Position numbers and translations under genes: made by a program. Shown here piece by piece: positions 56,164-64,000 of a stretch of DNA of 64,000 nt. This DNA is from a virus (taxonomy: Duplodnaviria; Caudoviricetes): the IMG/VR virus record IMGVR_UViG_3300048579_000388, positions 1-64,000 of that record; one strand, 5' to 3'. The stretch's first letter is position 1, and every line of letters begins with the position of its first letter. Under the pieces are notes generated by a model that searched no databases, had not been told where the DNA came from, and was given only the letters and a program-made list of their open reading frames with translations.

Positions 56164-58180
56164 GCAGGTCCGTCTCGACGAGGATTGGGAACTCAGCCTC
56201 GAAAATATCGCGCTGCTGCTCGGCGCGATCGAGGCGCGGCTCAAGACGATCGAGATCAAGGGCGCGGATTTCGACGTCGTGCGCGACCAGGTGCTCGGCG
56301 TGCTGCTGGCGCGCATCAACGAGGTTCTGACACCGCAGATCAATGCGATCAGCAACATCGTCAATATGGGCTTCCTGATCGCCTATTCGGACAGCTCGGC
56401 CGCTCTGGCGCCTGGCAATGTGCTGCTCTTCACCATTGAGGACGAAGAGCAGCGCATGGTATTCACCCCGTCGCCGCGCGTCAGCTTGAGCCGTGTGGCC
56501 AACTATACCGACTATGCCATTGCCCAGGTGTCCGACTGGAACCGGGAAACCGGCGAGCTGGTGGTTGTCGTGGAAGCTGCCTGGGGCAACCCTGGGCCGT
56601 TTACCGACTGGGTCATTGCCGCTCTGCCTGGCGATACGCTGGCTGCTATTCAGGCGGCCGACGAAGCCATCACCGCCATGAACCTGTCCAAGGATTGGGC
56701 CCAGAAGGGTGACGGGCTCGACGTCGATGGCGTTGGCACGCGATCAGCCAAGCACTATGCTGGCGCGGCGCTGGCGAGTGCCTCTGCTGCCGGCGGTTCG
56801 GCATCGACGGCAAGCGGCGCGGCGACAACGGCCACAGGCGCGCGGGACACCGCGGTTGCAGCCAAGGATCTCGCGGTTACCAAAGCAGCTGAAGCTGCAG
56901 CGTCGGCGGCCTTGATCTCAGGCGGACCGGTGACTTCGATCAACTACAAGACCGGCGTCGCCTTTACAGACCCGACCAAGGTGACAGAGGTCAAACCGAC
57001 ATTGGATTTCGACCTCACGAACCTCAACGGCGCGCCGTTCTTCGACAGTTTCTCTCGGCCGTCGATCGGCGGATACCGGCGGAACCACAAAGGCGTGATT
57101 GTCCCGACGACGTTCGATGAGCCTTATGTCGATCGGGACACGGATGGCAAGGCCAAAGGAACGGGATTTTTTGGGGCCTATTCGAACCTGTTGGTTCGGT
57201 CGGAAGAATTCGACAATGCTGTCTGGACAAAGACCAATGTGACACCAACTGCCAATTCGACAATTGGCGCCGACGGTGCGCAGTCCATGGACACCTTGAA
57301 TGCGACCGTGAATAGCGGGGTCGTCTTTCAGAATTACATGAGCGCTCCCGGTTCGACAAAGCACCGACTTTGCGTCCGGCTGAAGCAGGGTACGGCCGCA
57401 TTCACGCGCTGCTATCTTGGCTTTCTCGGCGGCTCATTCAGTTACGCCATCGCTCTGATCGATTGGTCAGCAAAGACGGTGTCAACGTTCGCCGGTGGCG
57501 CAACTTCGGTTTCGGCAAGTTTGGTCGACTTAGGCGGAGGCATCTATGAACTGACCCTCTACGGCGTCGATGGCGGCAGCGCCAACACCTATGTGCAGTG
57601 GGCGATCGAACCGGCCTATAATTCCACGGGAACAGTTATCGCGGGGCAGGCCGAACTCACCCAAACCTCGTTTGCGGTGCCGTACATGCCGACGACGTCA
57701 GCCGCGGCGGCGCGCTCTGCCGACAGCATGATCATCTCGGGAACGGACTTCACGGATATCTTCAACCCGCTCGAAGGTACTTTCTACTGCGAATTCGCGC
57801 CCGGGCAGGCGAGCGGTTTTCCTGGCGTGTTCGCAGCTCAGGACGGTCCTGGCACCAACCGGATTGGACTTCTGCAGAATGGCACCTCGCTCACGTCGAT
57901 AGGCGTTGTAAAAGCGGCAGGCGTTGATCAGGCAACGTTGAGCCCCGCGGCGTCGACGCTCGGTGTATTCGACCGCGTGTCCCTCTCTTACGCTGCCAAT
58001 ATGGCTCGGCTCTCGAGGAATGGCGCCGCTGTCGTAACCGACAGTAGCGTCACCCTGCCGACCGGCCTCTCTGCGCTGATTATCGGCTACTACGACGCCC
58101 CGCTGAACGGCTTCATTCGCCGCCTCATCTATTGGCCGGAGGCGCTTTCCGCAAACGAACTGCAATGGATGACAGCATGA
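56138..58180 (+). CDS. Tail fiber/spike protein 1
   Basis: Ala-rich stalk, then NLLVRSEEFDNAVW...LamG-like IRRLIYWP C-terminal region. Confidence 0.8.
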   Translation: MATQKSLAEQVRLDEDWELSLENIALLLGAIEARLKTIEIKGADFDVVRDQVLGVLLARINEVLTPQINAISNIVNMGFLIAYSDSSAALAPGNVLLFTIEDEEQRMVFTPSPRVSLSRVANYTDYAIAQVSDWNRETGELVVVVEAAWGNPGPFTDWVIAALPGDTLAAIQAADEAITAMNLSKDWAQKGDGLDVDGVGTRSAKHYAGAALASASAAGGSASTASGAATTATGARDTAVAAKDLAVTKAAEAAASAALISGGPVTSINYKTGVAFTDPTKVTEVKPTLDFDLTNLNGAPFFDSFSRPSIGGYRRNHKGVIVPTTFDEPYVDRDTDGKAKGTGFFGAYSNLLVRSEEFDNAVWTKTNVTPTANSTIGADGAQSMDTLNATVNSGVVFQNYMSAPGSTKHRLCVRLKQGTAAFTRCYLGFLGGSFSYAIALIDWSAKTVSTFAGGATSVSASLVDLGGGIYELTLYGVDGGSANTYVQWAIEPAYNSTGTVIAGQAELTQTSFAVPYMPTTSAAAARSADSMIISGTDFTDIFNPLEGTFYCEFAPGQASGFPGVFAAQDGPGTNRIGLLQNGTSLTSIGVVKAAGVDQATLSPAASTLGVFDRVSLSYAANMARLSRNGAAVVTDSSVTLPTGLSALIIGYYDAPLNGFIRRLIYWPEALSANELQWMTA

Positions 58181-59403
58181 CCATAGCAACACGTCATCGC
58201 GGAGGCTTGATGGGCATGGAGCATGCCCGCAAGCTCGACAAGATCAAGGCGGATATTCTGCTCAGCGATCCCGCCGCCTATGGCGATATTGCGCCGACGC
58301 TGGATCTCGACTTCACCAATATCTATGGCGCGCCGTTTCCGGGGAATTTTAGCCGCCCCACCATTGGCGGCTACCGGTTGAATGCCAAGGGCGTGATGGT
58401 CCCGACCGTGGCCAATGAGCCGAATATTGATTTCGGGACCGATGGCAAGCCGCTCGGGACCGGGTTCTACGGCGCCTATACGAACCTGTTGACGTGGTCC
58501 GAAGACTTCACCAATGCAGCTTGGACGAAGGGGCCAAATGTAACGGTCACCCCAAACAACGTGGCAGCCCCTGACGGGAACCTAACGGCTGATCGCATTG
58601 CCGCCAGCAGCGGCGACAATGCTATGTCTCAGAGCGCATTGGTCACCGGCAACCAGTACTACACCTTTAGTATTTGGCTGAGATCAGACAGTTCAATCGG
58701 CCTGACCTTGCTCATTTTCGACGGAACGGGGGGCGGAAACACCACCCTTAATGTCACCGCGACGACCGACTGGCAGCAGTTCAGCCTGACGAGGCTCGTG
58801 CCGGCGGGGCAAACTGGTGTTGTTTGTTACATCGGCGGCGCGGGATCATTTACGAACGAGACTATTTACGCCTGGGGTGCTCAGCTCACCGCCACCGCTT
58901 TCCCGGTTCCCTATGTGCCGACCACATCGGCAACGGTGGCTCGGAATGCGGATGTCTTCTTACTGTCCGGCACTGATGTAACCGATGCCGCGAACTCGCT
59001 TGAAGGCACGTTCTATGCGGAGGCGTATGCGCCGCGCAGCCTCTCCGGCTATCCAGCTCTGCTTCAGCTCGATGACGGCGGGTTCAACAATCGCAGCGTC
59101 ATTTTCTACAACAGTGCGGGGCAAGCAATCGGAGCAGGAACCGACGTCGCAGCCGTCAACACTGCCACCTTTACTTCGCAGACAATCAGCCGCGGCTCTT
59201 TCTTCCGGTTGGCTTACACGTACAAGGCCAACGCCTTCGTCTTTGTTGTGAACGGTGCTCCAATCCTGACGGACACCGCTGGTGCAGTGCCCAGCGGCAT
59301 GAACCGCATCCGGATCGGGGATACCTGGGATGAGCACATCCGCCGAGTCATCTACTGGCCCAAGGCGTTCTCCGCGCTCGACATGAAAAGGATCACGGCA
59401 TGA
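58177..59403 (+). CDS. Tail fiber/spike protein 2, paralog of the fiber 1 C-terminal half
   Basis: PTLDLDFTN...[14 protein letters not shown]...IRRVIYWP. Confidence 0.8.
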   Translation: MTIATRHRGGLMGMEHARKLDKIKADILLSDPAAYGDIAPTLDLDFTNIYGAPFPGNFSRPTIGGYRLNAKGVMVPTVANEPNIDFGTDGKPLGTGFYGAYTNLLTWSEDFTNAAWTKGPNVTVTPNNVAAPDGNLTADRIAASSGDNAMSQSALVTGNQYYTFSIWLRSDSSIGLTLLIFDGTGGGNTTLNVTATTDWQQFSLTRLVPAGQTGVVCYIGGAGSFTNETIYAWGAQLTATAFPVPYVPTTSATVARNADVFLLSGTDVTDAANSLEGTFYAEAYAPRSLSGYPALLQLDDGGFNNRSVIFYNSAGQAIGAGTDVAAVNTATFTSQTISRGSFFRLAYTYKANAFVFVVNGAPILTDTAGAVPSGMNRIRIGDTWDEHIRRVIYWPKAFSALDMKRITA

Positions 59404-60404
59404 TCGGTCTCGCGTCACGCCTTGCCCGTGGTTGGATGGGCTCTGGACATGTCCAGAAGCTGGAAGTCCATTCGCCCTACACGCCGGACAATGACCCGAC
59501 GCTGGCGGCGAATTCGGCAAGCCGTTACGCCACCCAGCAAGCCGTCAAAGGCTATGTGGATGGTATTGTCGAGGCGGCCAACGCGCTGCAGTTCAAGAAC
59601 ACGATCGACTGCTCCGGCAATCCGAACTATCCGGCCGCCAATGCCGGCCATTTCTACATCGTCTCCGTCGCCGGCAAGATCGGCGGCGCCTCGGGCCTCA
59701 CCGTCGACGCCGGCGACGCGCTGATCTGCAAGACCGATGGCACCGCCGCCGGCACGCATGCCGCGGTCGGGGCGCAGTGGACGTCGCTGCAGTTCAACAT
59801 GGTGCTGGCGCTGACGCAGTCGGATATCGGCTCACTTGTTCAGGCTTACCACGCTAAACTGGCGGCGCTCGCCGGTCTCTCATCAGCGGCGGCCGACAAG
59901 CTGGCCTATTTCAACGGCGCGAACTCGTTTGCGCTGGCAGACTTCACGACGTTCGGCCGCTCGCTGGTCGACGATGTCGATGCGGCCACAGGGCGGTCAA
60001 CCCTTGGCGTTGCCTGGGAGCAGATTGCCACCGCCAGCATGGCGGGGCTCGCTGCCGCCGACTTCGCGCTGCCAACCGGCTACAAGGCGTTTCGCTTCAT
60101 TGGGTCGGAGATCAGCCTCAACACCAATGGTGAGAATTGGCGCATCGACTATTCAACTAACGGCTCGACCTTCACGACGAACACGCCGATCGCGGCGCTC
60201 AACGCGGCGGATGTCATCTACTGGGACTTCATGATCCATGGGCACCGATCGTCGCTGCCCATGAAGATCACGGGCCACTACCTCAACGCCTCATCCGTCG
60301 TCACCGCTCATATCCAAAGCTACGTTGCCAATGTTCAGGCGATAAGGCTCGCTACAGGCATGCAGTGGGACAGCGGAACCGCAACTCTCTACGGGATGAA
60401 GTGA
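59400..60404 (+). CDS. Tail fiber protein 3
   Basis: [16 protein letters not shown]; LAALAGL...DKLAYFNG...FGRSLVDD...ARSTL-like stalk. Confidence 0.75.
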   Translation: MIGLASRLARGWMGSGHVQKLEVHSPYTPDNDPTLAANSASRYATQQAVKGYVDGIVEAANALQFKNTIDCSGNPNYPAANAGHFYIVSVAGKIGGASGLTVDAGDALICKTDGTAAGTHAAVGAQWTSLQFNMVLALTQSDIGSLVQAYHAKLAALAGLSSAAADKLAYFNGANSFALADFTTFGRSLVDDVDAATGRSTLGVAWEQIATASMAGLAAADFALPTGYKAFRFIGSEISLNTNGENWRIDYSTNGSTFTTNTPIAALNAADVIYWDFMIHGHRSSLPMKITGHYLNASSVVTAHIQSYVANVQAIRLATGMQWDSGTATLYGMK

Positions 60405-60880
60405 TGCCTGCTATTGCACACGACGGCGAGATAATCGAACTGACCGAGGAAGAGTTCGCAGCGACCTGCGAGGCGCCGGAATTCGGCATGCTGCAGGCCA
60501 CCAAGGATGCCGCCGTACGCGCCCGCATCGAGGTCGAGCTGGCTCGCGGTGCGCCGATCGAGGTGGCGCCTGACGTCTTCCTGCATGTCGCGCTCGATGA
60601 CGGCACGCGGGCAGACGTGACCGGCATGGCGGCGACGGCGCTCGCGGCGGCCAGCTCGGCCGTGCCTTGGCCGGAGAGTTACCAACTCGGCTTCATCGCG
60701 ATCGAGAATGTACGCATCCCGCTGCCGACCCCGGTTGAAGGGCTAGGCCTGGCTGCTCTTGTCGGTGATCGCTATGCGAAGATCCGGCAGAACGGGCGGG
60801 ATCTAAAGGATGCCGTTGCTGCGGCCGTCGATGAGGCGGCGTTGGACGCAGTTGACATCGATAGCGGGTGGCCGGAATGA
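60404..60880 (+). CDS. Tail fiber assembly chaperone (DUF4376-like)
   Basis: Ends LKDAVAAAVDEAALDAVDIDSGWPE. Confidence 0.75.
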   Translation: MPAIAHDGEIIELTEEEFAATCEAPEFGMLQATKDAAVRARIEVELARGAPIEVAPDVFLHVALDDGTRADVTGMAATALAAASSAVPWPESYQLGFIAIENVRIPLPTPVEGLGLAALVGDRYAKIRQNGRDLKDAVAAAVDEAALDAVDIDSGWPE

Positions 60881-61013
60881 CAAATGAGGTTTGTGTTTCG
60901 CGTCAGGTCTGCGCTTGCAGTAGCGAAAAGTGTCGTGCGCATGGTTGCCAAGCGCTGCGGGAGCGCACCCTTACAAAAGACGTCCGGCGAGAGCGCGATG
61001 AATGCAAGGCGGG

Positions 61014-61529
61014 TCAAACCGTCCTGACGGTTATCATCTCCTCGCCGGCGTTTAGTGTGACGTTAGAAAGTCGATGAGCAACACCTAACTCCAACGACTT
61101 AGCATCGTCAAATCTAAAGTCCTCCTCTAAAAAACGGTCCGCGAGATCCTGGTCGGTCCAACCACATTTATCCTTGAACGGGCGGCTAATAAGTTCGGTA
61201 TACGGTGACCTCTTCCCGACATTTGGTCCATCAGAGAATGTCGCCTGATGTAGATTAAACCCGGTGAATGGAGCCACAGTGCGTTCTTTTCCCGCAAGGA
61301 AAATAGTTGCCGCGATCGAGCCACAAAACCCTGCAGCGTGTGTTCGAACGTTCATCTCGAACATCTGTAGGAAGTGAAATAAACCAATCCCAGCAACCAC
61401 ATCGCCGCCGCCACTACAAATGCAGAAAGTGAGATCTTTGACACCCTGTCGGTGAGCGTCAGCAATGAGGATCTGCGCGTTTTTCACGCCGAAATCTGTG
61501 ATTTCGCCTTGATAGAACATGTAGTGCAT
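61014..61529 (-). CDS. ClpP-like serine peptidase, AT-rich moron
   Basis: ICSGGGDVVAG...CGSIAATIFLAG.ER......FNLHQ; antisense to the late operon. Confidence 0.8.
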   Translation of the reverse strand: MHYMFYQGEITDFGVKNAQILIADAHRQGVKDLTFCICSGGGDVVAGIGLFHFLQMFEMNVRTHAAGFCGSIAATIFLAGKERTVAPFTGFNLHQATFSDGPNVGKRSPYTELISRPFKDKCGWTDQDLADRFLEEDFRFDDAKSLELGVAHRLSNVTLNAGEEMITVRTV

Positions 61530-61670
61530 ACGAGTTACCCTCGCCCAAAGAAAGCAAAGCGCCCGGGCAGGGGAGCTGCCGGGCGCGTTGAAGTGTCCGA
61601 GAGGATTGGAACTCTCTCAGCAGGACAATCCCATAGAATAGTTAGCGCCTGGTTAAAGCCATCAAAACGA

Positions 61671-61701
61671 AAGAGCCGGCCTAGGTCAGGGGCCGGCTCT
61701 T
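61671..61701. terminator. Strong hairpin, possible terminator
   Basis: AAGAGCCGGCC-N9-GGCCGGCTCTT. Confidence 0.55.
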
Positions 61702-61801
61702 CACTTGCGGCGATGTGTGCGTAGGGGTTCCACCGCTGCCATATCGTAGCGCAAACAGCCTAACCGCCGGTTCATCGGGATGGTTAGCGAAATCGAAATC
61801 A

Positions 61802-61828
61802 GCCCGCCCATTGAGGCGGGTTTTTCTT
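61802..61828 (+). terminator. Terminator-like hairpin upstream of the sheath gene
   Basis: CCCGCC-CATTGA-GGCGGG followed by TTTTTCTTT. Confidence 0.55.
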
Positions 61829-61857
61829 TGCCGAACTTACAACAGGAGAGAGATCCA

Positions 61858-63108
61858 ATGACCGCACCGGTTTTTGGCATGCAGTTTTCGCGCCCGGACG
61901 ACGAGCCGGTACCGGTGACGGGTGCGGACTTTTCGAAGGTCGTCATCTATGACGAATCTGACGATGCATCGAATAGCGAGTTCCCCTACGGCGACCCGAT
62001 CCGCGGATCGACATCCGACAAGGATTTCCGCGAGGCGCTCGGCACCGGGGCGCTGGCCGACCATGTGCGCGGTATCCACGACCAGCTGTCGAGCCTGAAT
62101 CTTGGCGCCGATGTGACGATCGTTCGCGTTGAGAAAACGCTCGACGAGGACGATGCGCCAGACAAGGCCGCGATCTCGGCCGATATCGTGGCCGCGCTCG
62201 ACGATCTCACCGGGGTGGCGTCGATCGTCAATGCAACGCCGCGCCTGGTGATCTGCGGTTATACCGACTGGCGCGTGAACGCCAATACGGTCAACCCGGT
62301 CGTGGCGAAACTGCAGACCGTGCTGCCGAAGATCCTGGCGATCGCGCCAGTGCAAGTGGATGCAACGAGCGCCGCCAATGCGATCGACATGCGCGAAGAT
62401 ATGAGCTCCGACCGGCTGATGCCTATCGGCATTAAGGCGAAGGTGTTCGAGGGTCAGGACGTCGTCATCCGCGATATGACGAGCCGGGTGGCTGGTCTCT
62501 TCATCCGCACGGACAATGCCCATGAGGGGCGGCCATTCCATCCAATCGCCAACCAGCCGGTGCTCGGTATTGCCGGGCTCAACCGGCCGCTGCCTTTTTC
62601 CTTCCTCGACGGCTCGACGCAGGGCCAGCAGATGCTAGAGGGCGACGTCTCCATCGTCGCGCAGGGAGAGAGCGGCGTCGACGGCGCGGTCGCTGACGGT
62701 GGCTTCGTGTTTATCGGCACGGACAATGCTTCGACTGGTGAGCTCTGGAAACAGATCCACCAAGTTCGTGGCGCCGACTATATCACTGTCGAGTTTATCC
62801 AAATCACCCGGCAGTTCCTCGGCAAGCTGATGAGCGCCGATCTGGTCGAGGCCTGGATCAATTCGATCGCCTTCAAGCTGCGCGACCATAAGGTTGACGG
62901 CGATATCCTCGGCTACACGCCGCCGGAACAGATGTTCAAGCCGGATGCGAACAGCCCGGAGAACATCCGTCTCGGCACGTTGCAGCTCGATATCGGCATC
63001 GAGCCGGCGCCGGCCTTCAAGCTCGCCAATCACGCGATCCATCGTTACCGCCCGGCCGTGGTCGGCCTGGTCGACGAGATCATCTCGCGGTTGAGCAGCG
63101 CCGCGTAA
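61858..63108 (+). CDS. Contractile tail sheath protein
   Basis: PRLVICG, ANQPVLGIAGLNRP, FIGTDN, EPAPA. Confidence 0.88.
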   Translation: MTAPVFGMQFSRPDDEPVPVTGADFSKVVIYDESDDASNSEFPYGDPIRGSTSDKDFREALGTGALADHVRGIHDQLSSLNLGADVTIVRVEKTLDEDDAPDKAAISADIVAALDDLTGVASIVNATPRLVICGYTDWRVNANTVNPVVAKLQTVLPKILAIAPVQVDATSAANAIDMREDMSSDRLMPIGIKAKVFEGQDVVIRDMTSRVAGLFIRTDNAHEGRPFHPIANQPVLGIAGLNRPLPFSFLDGSTQGQQMLEGDVSIVAQGESGVDGAVADGGFVFIGTDNASTGELWKQIHQVRGADYITVEFIQITRQFLGKLMSADLVEAWINSIAFKLRDHKVDGDILGYTPPEQMFKPDANSPENIRLGTLQLDIGIEPAPAFKLANHAIHRYRPAVVGLVDEIISRLSSAA

Positions 63109-63167
63109 TCGCAGCCGTTTCAGGGCTGCGTTCGCAGCGGGGCACCTTACAATCTCAGGAGAACACC

Positions 63168-63677
63168 ATGCCAAAGATCTATATGCTGGCAGCCGTCGAT
63201 GTGCGGCGCGGCGGGGAGGCCGGTTCGGGCCGGCCGAACCTCATTGCCAAGATGGCGATCCCGGCCATCAAGCTGATGACCGCCAATCACAATCCGGGCG
63301 GCGGCGTCGGCAGCGTCGACTGGGTACTACCACGCGTCGAGCCGCCAGAGCCGAAATATGAGGCCAAAGGCATCGATGACGATATTTTCCGCGGCTTCGG
63401 CATCAGCGACAAATGGGTGTTTTCCGGCGCCTACCGGGATCTGAAGTCAGGCAAATACGTCCCGGCGCGCTGCATTGTGGAGGGCGCAATCACCGAATGG
63501 GAGCCGGACGAGGCGAGCCCGGAGGAATATCAGGGCTGCAGTCATGTGTTCAAGGAAGTCACTCACTACGAGTTCCGCTTTGACGGCAAGGAGAAGTGGT
63601 ACTGGGACTGGCACGAGCGCGCGCTGCGCGTCGACGGCAAAGACTATGTGAAGGAATTGAAGCGCGCGCTGGGGTGA
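63168..63677 (+). CDS. Tail tube protein (P2 FII-like)
   Basis: HNPGGGVG...FSGAYRD...THYE...YWD...RVDGKD. Confidence 0.88.
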   Translation: MPKIYMLAAVDVRRGGEAGSGRPNLIAKMAIPAIKLMTANHNPGGGVGSVDWVLPRVEPPEPKYEAKGIDDDIFRGFGISDKWVFSGAYRDLKSGKYVPARCIVEGAITEWEPDEASPEEYQGCSHVFKEVTHYEFRFDGKEKWYWDWHERALRVDGKDYVKELKRALG

Positions 63678-63685
63678 GCCGGATT

Positions 63686-63889
63686 TTAGCTGGCTTTTGA
63701 CCCCGTGGTCAAAAGCCGCACGATCCCCGCTTGGACAGCACTCAGCACATAGGCTGCTGCCAACACTACGATCCAGTGCCAGATCGAGAAGGTCTGGCCC
63801 TCCTTATTCAAGACCAGAAGCACAGATCCAGCGAAAATCAACTGGCTAACGAAAAGCTTGTTCGTGAGTTGCAGGAACGTGTGCGTCAT
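63686..63889 (-). CDS. Small two-TM membrane protein (moron)
   Basis: Two hydrophobic segments; ATGA overlap with an upstream partial ORF. Confidence 0.55.
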   Translation of the reverse strand: MTHTFLQLTNKLFVSQLIFAGSVLLVLNKEGQTFSIWHWIVVLAAAYVLSAVQAGIVRLLTTGSKAS

Positions 63890-63999
63890 TTCTCCAATTC
63901 CCAACCTGAAAGATGAGCGGAATGTCGAACATCATCACGTATAAATTGAAATCGCCAATCACGGTAGAGGGTGGGGCTTTGCTCGAGGATGTAATTCTG
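63886..63999 (-). CDS. 3' end of an unidentified gene running off the window
   Basis: Open frame QNYILEQSPTLYRDWRFQFIRDDVRHSAHLSGWELEK-stop, coupled to the membrane ORF. Confidence 0.4.
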   Translation of the reverse strand, partial: QNYILEQSPTLYRDWRFQFIRDDVRHSAHLSGWELEK

Positions 64000-64000
64000 C

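Larger units (their letters stand above)
15629..64000. mobile_element. Right prophage (lambda-like head, P2-like contractile tail); right end outside window
   Basis: Integrase beside tRNA-Pro, cI/cro switch, replication, terminase, portal, capsid, baseplate, sheath and tube genes. Confidence 0.93.

Noticed and set aside
56138-60404. Tail fibers as additional DGR targets
   Set aside because: No TR-like sequence, IMH or GNRA hairpin found at their 3' ends by eye.
61641-61656. CtrA box upstream of the ClpP-like gene (TTAA-N7-CTAAC on the minus strand)
   Set aside because: One mismatch; a rough estimate gives a couple of such hits by chance in this window.

Overview
GC-rich alphaproteobacterial (Rhizobiaceae-like) chromosomal window: a ~4 kb host island (three tRNA-Glu, M15 peptidase, gloA, double-CSD cold-shock protein, DUF192, tRNA-Pro) flanked by two tRNA-integrated phage elements, each running off the window edge. 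Left (1-~11,600, at tRNA-Glu(CTC)): a compact element with integrase, divergent Arc/Arc switch, xis, replication gene, cos-like site plus Nu1-like mini-protein, toxin-antitoxin pair, inverted tape-measure gene and protease-capsid fusion, but no TerL or portal in view; candidate satellite or decayed prophage. Right (~15,630-64,000, at tRNA-Pro(TGG)): a large temperate phage with lambda-like head and P2-like contractile tail. The standout is a complete diversity-generating retroelement (RT, Avd, 121-bp TR) with two tandem Mtd-like targets. It lies in the leftward early replication/nucleotide operon rather than the tail module, and one target is fused to a MazG-like NTP pyrophosphohydrolase domain. 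By manual alignment 21 of 22 TR-VR mismatches fall at TR adenines, and both VRs are followed by 8-bp GNRA hairpins. All family calls come from motif recognition; no database search was run.
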